In this document: piece after piece, positions 26,801 to 37,559 of the stretch
Position numbering within the stretch: the first letter of the stretch is position 1
Layout: the number at the start of each line of letters is the position of its first letter
Source: Macrostomum lignano
Taxonomy: Eukaryota
Reading direction: 5' to 3'
NCBI GenBank assembly: GCA_002269645.1
Contig: NIVC01003025.1
Coordinates: 1 to 64,000, forward strand
Length of the DNA stretch: 64,000 nucleotides
Made by a program: the position numbers and the translations under genes
The notes under the pieces: model-generated
Databases searched by the model: none
What the model saw: the letters and a program-made list of their open reading frames with translations, nothing else
What the model was told of the DNA's origin: nothing

Positions 26801-27648
26801 ATTGGTTTGTTCTTTCTTTCATTATGAATGTAACGTTCCAGGGTGTTTCTGAGCTCTGCTAGTTCCGTTTCGTAGTCCGGAGTGCCTCTAACTGGGCAGT
26901 ACACGCTGATCAATGTCGCGTCGTATATTTCTATCATGATCGCTCTGTTCGTAATCTTCTTTTTTGATCCGCTGTCCTTCCACGTCTGGTACAATTCCTG
27001 GTTTAGGATGATGCCTGTTTTCTTGCCGTGAATCAGGAATGAATTTTGTTTCGGTTGGTGGTAACTTCTTATTCCGTCTGACGGTGCCGATAACTCCGAG
27101 ATGAGGGCTACCTCCCAATTCTCACTCATAATCTTTTTTGCGATCTCTCCAAAACGCGTGCCGAACACGTTTGCCCGCTGGACATTCCATGTTGTTATTC
27201 TCAGCTCGTTGTTTAATGTTTCTCTGCGTTTGTTAATCTTCTTCGTTCTTCTTGTTCCACGGCGTCGGGTTCTTCTGATTAGTCTGCTTTTCTTCTCTTT
27301 TTGGGTTTTCGGTCGTTTTGTGCTTTTTCTTGGGTTTTCGGATTCTTTCTTTGGTCTTTCCTTCCTGTTTGGTCCTGGGTTCTTCTCTACTGTCGTCAGC
27401 TGTGCTTTCACTTCCGCCGACCTTTGTTTCCGGCTTGGTCTTGTGCGGCTCTGCTGTTCCTCTAGCTCTCTACCTTTGTGCTGTCCACTGGTTTTTGCCT
27501 GGTTAATCTCGGTACCCAGGTCGGCTACTTCTGGGTACCACGAGTGAAAAGGGCCGGTGTCGTCGTACTGGCTTCCGCCAGTGGCTTCGATCCATGGTCC
27601 CTTCCGTTTGCTCCCTTCTTTGCCAAGACTTTTTCGGGTCTTGTCCAC
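23899..27648 (-). CDS. LINE ORF main part: AP endonuclease, reverse transcriptase and first zinc fingers
   Basis: APE motifs ITTWNV, GGDMNAQIG, EIDGFI and SDHLP; RT motifs LFKKGDRADMNNYRGI, QNGFRSGRST, GLREGCPTSPILFNIY and FADD; C2H2 finger CEYELC...HQKRMH. Confidence 0.95.
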
Positions 27649-29206
27649 TGGCCACCTCGTGAAGGTGGGGGAACAATCGGCCAGCGCTTACAGCTTAGTG
27701 TGTCAACGGGCTGAATGATTCTATCGTCATATTTGACGCTTAGAAGCATGAGTCAGCCAACCATATTGTTTGGCACAGCTGGGTGTCTAGACGGAGACTG
27801 TGGCATGGTTCCAAATAGCTCTAACTGGCCCAGTATGCAAAGCAGCTTTCCTATTAAGATAGACGCTAATCCGATTTTTGTCGGTGCATGCTCCATTGGT
27901 TTGTCTAAGGCGTTTGCAGTTGCACCAGCCGAGAGCAGATCAAGTCAAGAGAGTAGTCGTTACAGACCATGTCGGTAATCTTGTCGAGATTTAATAAATC
28001 CTCGAACAAGTCAAGGGAGTAGTCGTTACAGACCATGAGTGTCGGCAATCTTGTCAGCCACTTTTTCCGGAGGGTGTCACTGCTTCGAACGACGCAGTTG
28101 ATGACGCCGTTGGACGATCGTCCATCGCACTAGCGACATCTGCAACGCCAAGTCGGTTGGATATTACCGTTGGCGCACGGGATTGCGAAAACAATCAGGT
28201 AAGAGTTTCCAGCGTAGTCGGCATTTCGTGGACGCAACGAAGCCAGCGCCGAGCGAGCCGGCGCACCAGATGATACACAATTCACTTTGTCTCCGGTCTA
28301 CGAGCAGCCGATCAACGAAAGCCAGTTGATTCCGGACGACGACTATGCTACGAATGACAATTCTATCGATGTATGTTCTATCACCTGTATGTACATTGCT
28401 GTTTCTTTATAACTGTGTATATTTTGGGGAAACTGCCTTCCATCGCCATTTAATTTAACTTTAATATTGCAGAGTCGTTCCATTGCGCAGGCATATAATG
28501 CAAGCCCCCGTCAGTGGTCTCATTAATCGCCTTCCACGCGCGCGACCCGATCTTTCAAACGTCTGGCTCACGCATCGACTGCCATCAGAGTGGCGTCCGA
28601 GTACAGCAGGTCCGACCTGCGACTCAGCACCAGCTCGCAGCAGATCACCAATTCAGTAGTATCAATTAGTAGCCACAGTATAAGTAGGTCTACTTATAAC
28701 TCGACTGTCGAAACTCATACGTATGCCACGCTGTTCTCCAGAAGTTTTCGTTCCTGTTGAGCTTGTTCCTGTTCCTTGTTTAGTTTGTATAAGGCGCTTA
28801 CAAAGTACAACCCGCTGTTAAATATAGAGATGCTACTCATAAAATCTTGAAACACCAACTTCTTATATGCATCTTTACTGCAAAATTTGATGTCAATGCC
28901 TTCCGGCTTCTTTCGCATGGATTACCCGACTGTTACCTGGTCAGCGAATCCTGTTTGCCAGACAGGATAACAAACAAGATAACAAACAGGATAACACGAT
29001 GTTTCCCTGCAGGATTCGCATGAATTACCCGACTGTTACCTGGTCAGCGAATCCTGTTTGAATCTTGTTTGAAACAAGGAAACGTAAGATTTCGTCACGC
29101 AAACAAGATTCATACAAGATAACATTTTGCATAACCGGAATAGGGCATGTTATCTTGTTTGAGCGAATGTTATCTTGTGGTGTTATCTGGTTTATTTACC
29201 AGAGGG

Positions 29207-29714
29207 TCTGCTACCACACAATCTACCAATCAGTCTGCTACCACACAATCTACCAATCACTCAACTACCACACAATCTACCAATCACTCAACTACCACAA
29301 AATCTACCAATCACTCAACTACCACACAATCTACCAATCAGTCTGCTACCACACAATCTACCAATCAGTCTGCTACCACACAATCTACCAATCACTCAAC
29401 TACCACACAATCTACCAATCACTCAACTACCACAAAATCTACCAATCACTCAACTACCACACAATCTACCAATCAGTCTGCTACCACACAATCTACCAAT
29501 CACTCAACTACCACAAAATCTACCAATCACTTAACTACCACACAATCTACCAATCACTCAACTACCACACAATCTACCAATCACTCAACTACCACACAAT
29601 CTACCAATCACTCAACTACCACGCAATCTACCAATCACTCAACTACCACACAATCTACCAATCACTCAACTACCACACAATCTATTAATCACTTAACTAC
29701 CACACAATCTACCA
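29207..29714. repeat. 27-bp satellite, right part
   Basis: Same unit and variants as 14250-14804. Confidence 0.96.
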
Positions 29715-29747
29715 GTGTTCCAAACAGGCCACAAGACCGGGCCCCAC

Positions 29748-30095
29748 CTGCGGAGGAAACATCCAAGCAACGCTGGCCTCCACCCCGGCCAGCCTGTCCA
29801 CACCGGACTGGTGTTCATTCGACGGCGGCTGCATCAGCATAGCTCTGAGATCCGGCGACAGAACGCGGCTGATGTCGCTGGCGCTTTGAGCACGACGATG
29901 AGTCGTAGCGCCGAGTCCGGCGCTTCCACTGGCACCGCCGCCGCTATAGTCGATATTGACATCTGGCACGCTGGCGGACAGACTGATCTGCGTCATCTTC
30001 ATCTGCCGCCCAGCTGCTGCGGTGTCTTCAGCTGAGCGGTTGTCGACTGGCAACACGGCCGGCTCAAAAGCTGTTGCTGATTTCCGCTTGTCCAT
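29748..30095 (-). CDS. Mn-CDF/MTP-type transporter, probable exon 1 (low-complexity N-terminus)
   Basis: ATG at 30095 and CAG|GTGGGG donor, phase 0, matching exon 2; the intervening satellite is continuous once the nested elements are removed. The joined CDS is 1542 nt (513 aa). Confidence 0.68.
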
Positions 30096-30649
30096 TTTTA
30101 ATGGATTTATGAGCGCAGATAATTATGAATAATTGCGATAATTGTACAGAAAAATGAGGCGAATGTGAAAGTTTCAGCTGTAAAGATTAAAAAGAAAAAA
30201 ATTATTAATTTCTAATTATCAATTCGAAACTAATTACTCGACGAAAATTGCCAAACTTAAGAAATCAACTAAGTTAACAAAAATCTACGCACGCGTATGA
30301 AATATATTAATAGCAGTAGAACCAATTGAACATAGTTTGCTTTTTGCTTTACTAAATTCCAAAATGCATCCGGCAAGACCAGAAAAAACATATTTTGTAG
30401 CAAAAAGAAGCGAAAAAAAGATAAAAAACCTTTGTCGTCGAGATAGCTGGAAAATATCGTCATACTACTGCTAAGTAGCACCAATGCCGACTAATAATGA
30501 AGATAAATCATGTAAATGATAAGTAAATCATGCATAGTAATTAAAACTAGACTTGTTTTTAATGCGTACGAAAACTCAATGCAATTCTAGCAGATTAGAA
30601 AGTAGGCATTCAGATTCAAGTTGCAAATCTGGGCTTAAGGTAGTGAGTT

Positions 30650-31865
30650 GACTGCTCAGACTGATGAGGCAGTTGAGAATGCAGGAGCTCAGTTAAATGC
30701 TCAGACTGATGAGGCAGTTGAGAACACAGGAGCTCAATCAGCTGACTGCTCAGACTGATGAGGCAGTTGAGAACGAAGGAGCTCAATCAGCTGATTGCTC
30801 AGACTGATGAGGCAGTTGAGAACGAAGGAGCTCAATCAGCTGATTGCTCAGACTGATGAGGCAGTTGAGAACGCAGGAGCTCAATCAGCTGACTGCTCAG
30901 ACTGATGAGGCAGTTGAGAACGCAGGAGCTCAATCAGCTGACTGCTCAGACTGATGAGGCAGTTGAGAACGCAGGAGCTCAATCAGCTGATTGCTCAGAC
31001 TGATGAGGCAGTTGAGAATGCAGGAGCTCAATCAGCTGACTGCTCAGACTGATGAGGCAGTTGAGAATGCAGCAGCTCAATCAGCTGACTGCTCAGACTG
31101 ATGAGGCAGTTGAGAATGCAGCAGCTCAATCAGCTGACTGCTCAGACTGATGAGGCAGTTGAGAATGCAGCAGCTCAATCAGCTGACTGCTCAGACTGAT
31201 GAGGCAGTTGAGAATGCAGCAGCTCAATCAGCTGACTGCTCAGACTGATGAGGCAGTTGAGAATGCAGGAGCTCAATCAGCTGACTGCTCAGACTGATGA
31301 GGCAGTTGAGAATGCAGCAGCTCAATCAGCTGACTGCTCAGACTGATGAGGCAGTTGAGAACGCAGGAGCTCAATCAGCTGACTGCTCAGACTGATGAGG
31401 CAGTTGCGAATGCAGCAGCTCAATCAGCTGACTGCTCAGACTGATGAGGCAGTTGAGAATGCAGCAGCTCAATCAGCTGACTGCTCAGACTGATGAGGCA
31501 GTTGAGAATGCAGCAGCTCAATCAGCTGACTGCTCAGACTGATGAGGCAGTTGAGAATGCAGCAGCTCAATCAGCTGACTGCTCAGACTGATGAGGCAGT
31601 TGAGAACGCAGGAGCTCAATCAGCTGACTGCTCAGACTGATGAGGCAGTTGCGAATGCAGCAGCTCAATCAGCTGACTGCTCAGACTGATGAGGCAGTTG
31701 AGAATGCAGCAGCTCAATCAGCTGACTGCTCAGACTGATGAGGCAGTTGAGAATGCAGCAGCTCAATCAGCTGACTGCTCAGACTGATGAGGCAGTTGAG
31801 AATGCAGGAGCTCAATCAGCTGACTGCTCAGACTGATGAGGCAGTTGAGAACGCACGAGCTCAAT
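30650..31865. repeat. 49-bp satellite (CTCAGACTGATGAGGCAGTTGAGAATGCAGCAGCTCAATCAGCTGACTG), about 25 copies
   Basis: Period 49 (for example 31092 to 31141). Confidence 0.96.
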
Positions 31866-31869
31866 CGCA

Positions 31870-32100
31870 GGGGCGGTGGAGTCGTATCTGAGGCGTGCTG
31901 GAGTCGCTGTAGACTCACTGAGTTGCGAACTTTATGAATTCGAATCATATTTCGAACTGATAACAACTCCATTTAGTCTACTTGAGTGACTCAAAAGTCG
32001 CCTCTCCATCGCATTACTGTCGCTTGAGTCGTTAAAAAGTCACAAGAGTCACTAGTGAGCTGTTTGCAGTGACTCTTGTCACGGTAACATTTTCAACAGG
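31870..32100. repeat. Dispersed repeat, copy 1
   Basis: Homologous to 35409-35520 plus 36230-36388 (gaggcgtg.tggagtcgctgt; gtcgcctctccatcgcat; cttgtcacggtaac). Confidence 0.7.
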
Positions 32101-32140
32101 ATAGAACAAACTCTGTTCGGTATTAGAATCTGCGCCTGTC

Positions 32141-32563
32141 TTAGTCATCATCATCCTCAATGGTGGCCTCCAGCTCCAGGTCGGGCTCCGGGCAGATCAC
32201 AAACTGAGCACCGCCGCTGCCGCTCCGAGCAGCAGCAGCCGACCTCGCCGAGGCGGCCAGCCCGGAGCGGAGGCACGCAGGGGTGTAGAAGGCATCCACT
32301 CCGGTCCTGGCCGCGGCGGCGGTGGCCCAAGTGGCGGCTGGCGGCAACTTGTGCGGCTTTCGAATCGGTAGAAACCGGTTGGGTGCGCGGTTCGAACCGA
32401 CCAGGCGGCAGACGAGAGACCGGCTGGCCAGAGAGATGGCCTGCGGCTTCGCGTCCGACTCGGTGGTCCAGGCGGCCGAGAGCCGGTCGGCCAGGCTGAA
32501 GTCGTCCGACATTCGGGCTAAGGGTTCAACAGCCTCGCTGGAGAAGTGCACTGCAGCGTTGGC
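32141..32563 (-). CDS. RAD17: Cell-cycle checkpoint clamp loader RAD17, exon 4
   Basis: cttccag|GCC acceptor, phase 0; RMSDDFSLAD; stop at 32143-32141. Confidence 0.75.
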   Translation of the reverse strand, partial: ANAAVHFSSEAVEPLARMSDDFSLADRLSAAWTTESDAKPQAISLASRSLVCRLVGSNRAPNRFLPIRKPHKLPPAATWATAAAARTGVDAFYTPACLRSGLAASARSAAAARSGSGGAQFVICPEPDLELEATIEDDDD

Positions 32564-32745
32564 CTGGAAGAGATCAATAACCGGGACAATGAGAGGATGG
32601 TTGGTTAGTTAATTTGCAGGGGCTTCGGGAACTGCCGCAAATCAAAAGCTGCTGCATACCTGTGGCTAGACCCCGGTCCATACGCCAAGAGCCGCTATAA
32701 TAGCAAGACCCCTGACTTCCTAATCGATTAAAACACGGTCCTCAC

Positions 32746-33129
32746 CTGAACAAAGGAGAGCAGCAGGTCAACGGGTAGGCTGCAGCGCTCGGACACAACT
32801 TCAGGTTCATCAACAAGAGGCGCAAGGCCGCTGCTGCCTGGTGCCGTCTCGACTCGTTTAGCGTGCAGCAGTTTGCCGACAGCGTGGAACAGCTGATAGG
32901 GCGTGTCTCTGAACAGCACCGATTTGGCCACGCTGCCTGCACTACTGCCAGCAGTGCATAGCGCGAATTGCAGGCTAAACTGCAGTCCGGATACGGCGGC
33001 TCGAATGTCACCGTCGGCAGCGGCGGCCACGGATTCGATTAGCGACTTGTAGGAGGCTGGGCGAAGGTGGCGCTTAGTCAGGATGGCGTTTAGACTGCGG
33101 ATTAGCTGGGTGCGAGCCACCGGATTGAC
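32746..33129 (-). CDS. RAD17: RAD17 exon 3
   Basis: cag|GTC acceptor and CAG|GTGAGG donor; VNPVARTQL, GDIRAAVSGLQF and RDTPYQLFHAVGKLLHAKR match RAD17 motifs. Confidence 0.88.
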
Positions 33130-33238
33130 CTGGGGATTACAGCGGTTCGAGACTTCAAGATGAGACTTCAGATCTGACACATCACATACTCAAAGTGAGA
33201 CTTCAAATCTAACAAATAAAATACTCAGAAGCCACAAC

Positions 33239-33496
33239 CTGCACTAAGGTCGCATTATTGTCCTCCAGCCAGTCCCTGGGCAACAGGCGGTCATTGCAGC
33301 TGATCAGTACCAGGCACACATCGCGGCATCTGGCCAGAAACTCGTCTAGCAGAGCCCGCAAAGCTGCAGTGTCGCCAGACGATGAGCCAAACTTCAGATG
33401 CTGCTGCTGCTGCTGGTCGGCAAATGAAAGTGACAGAGTCGGCTCGTCCCACACGATGACGCGGGCTTGGCGGAATCTGGCCAGGCGAATCAAGGC
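33239..33496 (-). CDS. RAD17: RAD17 exon 2
   Basis: cctag|GCC acceptor and CAG|GTTGTG donor, phase 0; RVIVWDEP is Walker B-like. Confidence 0.8.
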
Positions 33497-33756
33497 CTAG
33501 GATGGGGTAATAGCATAGATGATGAGATAATAGAGAGAGATTAGAGATACAGGTATAATAGACGGAAATTAGAGAAGGGAGAATAATAGAGGGAGATTAG
33601 AAATGAGGAGAGAGAGAGAGAGAGAGATTGAGATAAGAGGCTATTACAGGGAGAGAAGAGATAACAGGAGAATAATCCACACGGACACTGACAGCAACAC
33701 CCACGCCGGCTAGAAACGCCCCAGCACTGATTATACGAGGCCTGTGCTCCTCTCAC

Positions 33757-34227
33757 CTGCATGGCCTCGGCCGGGCCGTTAGCGCAGGCGTCCAGCTCCT
33801 CATCCAGGTAAGCCGAGCCCAGCCGCAGGCGGTCGCACAGCAGCCGCACAGCAACGGACTTTCCCGCTCCGCACGGGCCGTGCACAAAGACCAGCCGAGG
33901 CCTGGAGCTCAGACAGGCCTCCAATTCTAGCAATTTCTTTTTGTGCAAGCAGAGCTCCTCTGTGCTAGCCGGTCCGTACCTGTCAGTCCATAACTGGCTT
34001 CGCTCTTCGGACGCTCTGTCCGCCGCCTGCCTGCCGAGATCGTCGTCAGGGCAGAGCCACAGCCGGCGGGCCGGCGTAGCAGCCGATGGCGGCGCCTGCT
34101 CGGAGCGCTGGCGGGAGATGGCGAGGCCGCCACCGCCGCTCCTGAAGGTGTCAAAAGCGGAGCAACTGGCGGACGGTGGCAGCTCCAGCCGCAGGCGCGG
34201 TCGCTTTGGCGCAGACGAAGAGGACAT
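33757..34227 (-). CDS. RAD17: RAD17 exon 1
   Basis: ATG at 34227; LWTDRYGPASTEELCLHKKKL and Walker A GPCGAGKS; CAG|GTGAGA donor. Joined protein is about 511 aa. Confidence 0.88.
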
Positions 34228-35408
34228 GCTGGTCGAATAGTTAATATTATTACTTTTATTATAGATCTGATTGATTAATCGCTTCACGATGGCATCTGTA
34301 ACATGGTATTGAAATTAATGGACAAGATGTAATTTTTTTACGTTACCTGCTAATTGGATCAGCAATAATGTACATTGGCCAGTCCACTGAAATGTACATG
34401 GCAGCTTTAGGCTGGAATTCCGAGAAAGGCAATAAAAATTGGGGCGGGGCGGGGAAAGTGTTGGAAAGGTGCGGTTGGAGGGTTTAAGAGCCAATAAATG
34501 AGCCTTGGCTTTAAAAGTACATTAAAATGCTTCTGTTTAACTTGCTACTGAACTGGAAGTAGTTTACACGCTAATGTGCTGAGTGGCCCATCTAGTTAGT
34601 CTAGTAGTATCTGTGAATATAATTTCATAATTGCGTATAAAGTAAAAAATTAAGGGAGCCGTAGCCTTGTGCTCTAGCTCGATTCTAAGTGCAGTCGCAT
34701 TAATTTGGGGCTACATTGGAATCTCGGCTTGGCTCTGCTCGTGCAATTAACTCCCTTGAGGGCCAACCCCCAAGGCACAGTGAAGTGTACATGCCTAACG
34801 ATAAATAAATTTACAGCCGCTGTACACTCCTGTGTGTGTGTGTGCCTGTGCGTATGACTGCGTACGTGACAATGTCGCTAAAAGTTCCCACTGCCTCTAA
34901 TACAAAGTAAAATAAGAGAAAAATTACCGGTAAAAACAGCTGCACATTATATTGTTTGAAAAAATTACATAACCACTACGGGACGGATTATGAAATAGAT
35001 AAAAGATAAAAATCACAGCAAATGTGAAATCGCGTTTACACTGACACAGTGTAATCATATATCGTTAGAATTAATTAGCAATGTAAAAAACTTATACATA
35101 CTCGTTATAGAATAGAGATAGACAAATGTGAAGTAAAGAAGGGATATTCAAAAATGTGAAGTAAAGAAGGGATATTCAAAAATGTGAAAAAAAGTTTAGC
35201 AAACTTTAACATAGGTCGATGAAAACGGTACCTACGCCAAGAAGCGTCATTGAGTCACTTGCGTCGCCCCAGAGTCGTTGGAAGTAACACAGGTAAAATA
35301 GGAAAGAAGTGACTCCAGATGACTCTTTAAAACAACGAGACGTCACGGTACAAGTCGCTAAAGAGTCGCCTAAGAGTCAATATGAGACGTTTTATTGTCT
35401 GCGACTCT

Positions 35409-36388
35409 GGGGCCGTAGAGTTATATCCGAGGCGTGTTGGAGTCGCTGTGGAATCACTGAGTCGCGTTTTCAACTTACGAATTGAAAAAAACAACTCTAT
35501 TCGTCTACCCGTGAAGTGACACATTTTGGCTCTAGAAAGTTCCCATTGGAATGTATTTTAACCAACGAATGCGCTCCAACTAGCAAAAGCTGAGGACACG
35601 ACCCCAACCTCAACCAATGAAAAACAGTTATGTACCATCCAATGCGATTAAGACTGAAAAGTACTATAAAAGCTCATGTTAACCAACCAAGAAGCTCGCG
35701 CCTCCCTGGCCTCGCCTCTCTTTCGCCTCTCTTCTCCCTTCTCGCTATTCTAACTACTTTTGATTGACACTGCCAGGGTCTCGACCCAAACACTAAAACT
35801 GATAAATTGACTCACTAAAACTAAAACAACAACCAACCCACGTTCCACAATAGACTGAACCTTCGGTTCCCCCGAACACTTAGAAACCCCTTGGAACTCG
35901 AACAAAACGAGCTTCTTATTTGGAATTCCATCTTAGACCTTATATTTTTTAAGATAACATCTCGAGATTGTGACCATCAAATACAACGGTCTGTAAGTTA
36001 CCATCGGCATCAAGTGTTTGCATCATCAGGAAAAGTCAGTTGAATCCGCCGCCTCAGTTATTTGGCTCTCACATTGATATTTGAAGTAGAAAAAGAGCCA
36101 TAGAAGTGAGAGACCAGAAGAAGAACAATAACCCACATATTTTAAAATATTTCGCCTAGAAAGTTAATTGCTAACACAAAAACTTCTGGACGACTATTTT
36201 AACGATTTTACAACTCACGTGATACGCTTGTGACTCAACAGTCGCCTCTCCATCGCATCACAGTCGTTTGAGTTGTTAAAAAATCCGAAGAGTTGCCCTA
36301 AAGTCGCTAGAGTTCACTGATGAGTTGTTTAAAATGACTCTTTAAACAGATTTTTAGCGATTCTTGTCACGGTAACGTTTTCAGCTGG
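35409..36388. repeat. Dispersed repeat, copy 2, interrupted by about 709 bp (35521-36229)
   Basis: The two flanks are colinear with 31870-32100; GTGAC occurs on both sides of the extra segment. Confidence 0.6.
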
Positions 36389-36656
36389 TACGTTTTAGCC
36401 AACGACAGACGTTATATACAGTGTGTTTTTCACATCGATCCATGCGAAAGGCGGTTCGAAAAACTATCTGACGCCTGGCGAACTATAGGGACGGGAACTC
36501 GGAATAGACGAGAGCCTTCCAAGTAAAGTATAAATAAGCGACCTTGACGCGTTAGCAAAATACAAATTCATAGACCATGAACCCAGACTGCACAAATATA
36601 TGCTTGTTAGGGAATAATAAGATGAAAATGACGCAGCTAAAATAATAGGTGAAGCA

Positions 36657-36791
36657 CTAGAATCCGCTCTGGTCGTCTTCTGAGTCCCATTCGCAGTGCT
36701 CGACTGTGCCCGCATCGGCGCTGAAGTCCACCTCCTTGTCGTAGATGTAGCCAGGGTCACCCGGTTTCAACTGGTGCTTCTCGAATTCTTC
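36657..36791 (-). CDS. CEP19: CEP19 exon 4 (last)
   Basis: ttttgcag|GAA acceptor; EEFEKHQLKPGDPGYIYDKEVDF...EWDSEDD matches the CEP19 C-terminus. Confidence 0.88.
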   Translation of the reverse strand, partial: EEFEKHQLKPGDPGYIYDKEVDFSADAGTVEHCEWDSEDDQSGF

Positions 36792-37019
36792 CTGCAAAAT
36801 TGCCCAGGAAGGCAAGGCACAGATATTGGACCAATACGATAAGAGGAGGGCGTGTGCTCAGCTGTACTTGACTTTAGAATGGCACAGAGGTGCTTAATTG
36901 GAAAAGGCCCAGCCTTTAATTATTCTAATAGCTGAATCAACACGATAGGAAAACATAACTAATCCAAATTCAAAGGATTGAAATGAAATTATTAAATATG
37001 CCTATTTTAAAGTGCAAGT

Positions 37020-37212
37020 GATGGGAAGAAACCGCAAAACATCCCAATGATAGGATGGGAAAACTGCAAAATATTCCAATGATGGGATGGGAAGAAGCCG
37101 CAAATATCCCAATGACGATGGGAAGAAAGCGCAAAATATCCAAATGATGGTGGGAAGAAACCGCAAAACAGCCTAATGATGATGGGAAGAAACCGACAAA
37201 AAAACCCAATTA
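37020..37212. repeat. Degenerate minisatellite of about 33 bp (GGGAAGAAACCGCAAAATATCCCAATGAT...), about 6 copies, in CEP19 intron 3
   Basis: Direct reading. Confidence 0.7.
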
Positions 37213-37232
37213 TGAAGACCCAGTTGCCGCAC

Positions 37233-37436
37233 CTGCATGGCAGCCTTCTTCCTCTGCAGTGTCTCCTCGTCAACTTTGTTAAGATCCTCTAGCGGATCGA
37301 TTTGCTCCATCTGGCGCTGTTTATCCAGACTCTGCTCTTTGCTGAGGCCGTTCACTGTCACATCGCGCAGGATGGACAGCAGGCGTTCGAGCTGCAGCTG
37401 GCTGAGCTGACAGATGAGATCGCCGTGTCGCTTGTC
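37233..37436 (-). CDS. CEP19: CEP19 exon 3
   Basis: ctgtag|GAC acceptor and CAG|GTGCGG donor; IDPLEDLNKVDEETLQRKKAAM matches CEP19. Confidence 0.9.
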
Positions 37437-37559
37437 CTACAGAGACAATTTAGTATTTGGTAATTGTAACCAAATATTGTTTGCTGACTTTTTAAAAGAT
37501 ACTACGCGAAAATAATGCTACCTATAAGGTAAATAGACACAAAATCACTATCTTTTTGT

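Larger units (their letters stand above)
16970..27692 (-). mobile_element. RTE-like non-LTR retrotransposon (about 4.1 kb without the nested insertion)
   Basis: 12-bp TSD GCTTAGTGTGTC at 16958-16969 and 27693-27704; (GAA)n 3' tail at 16970-16988; single APE-RT ORF. Clade assignment is inferred from architecture. Confidence 0.9.
14805..29206. mobile_element. Non-autonomous TIR DNA transposon (CMC/EnSpm-like) carrying nested insertions
   Basis: Perfect 37-bp TIR CCCTCTGGTAAATAAACCAGATAACACCACAAGATAA at 14805-14841 and 29170-29206. 2-bp TSD TC at 14803-14804 and 29207-29208. Removing it restores the satellite unit aatcagTCtgctacc. AGATAAC-type subterminal motifs occur at both ends. Confidence 0.92.

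Noticed and set aside
24449-27547. Several plus-strand ORFs of 130-170 aa overlapping the LINE
   Set aside because: They are antisense shadows of the RT ORF with no recognisable motifs.
30650-31865. CTGATGA in every unit of the 49-bp satellite suggested a hammerhead ribozyme array, as in some animal satellites
   Set aside because: No GAAA core strand, no closable stem II and no correctly placed NUH site could be found in the unit.
35521-36229. 709-bp insert as a solo LTR
   Set aside because: It lacks TG...CA ends, and the flanking GTGAC may be part of the host repeat rather than a TSD.
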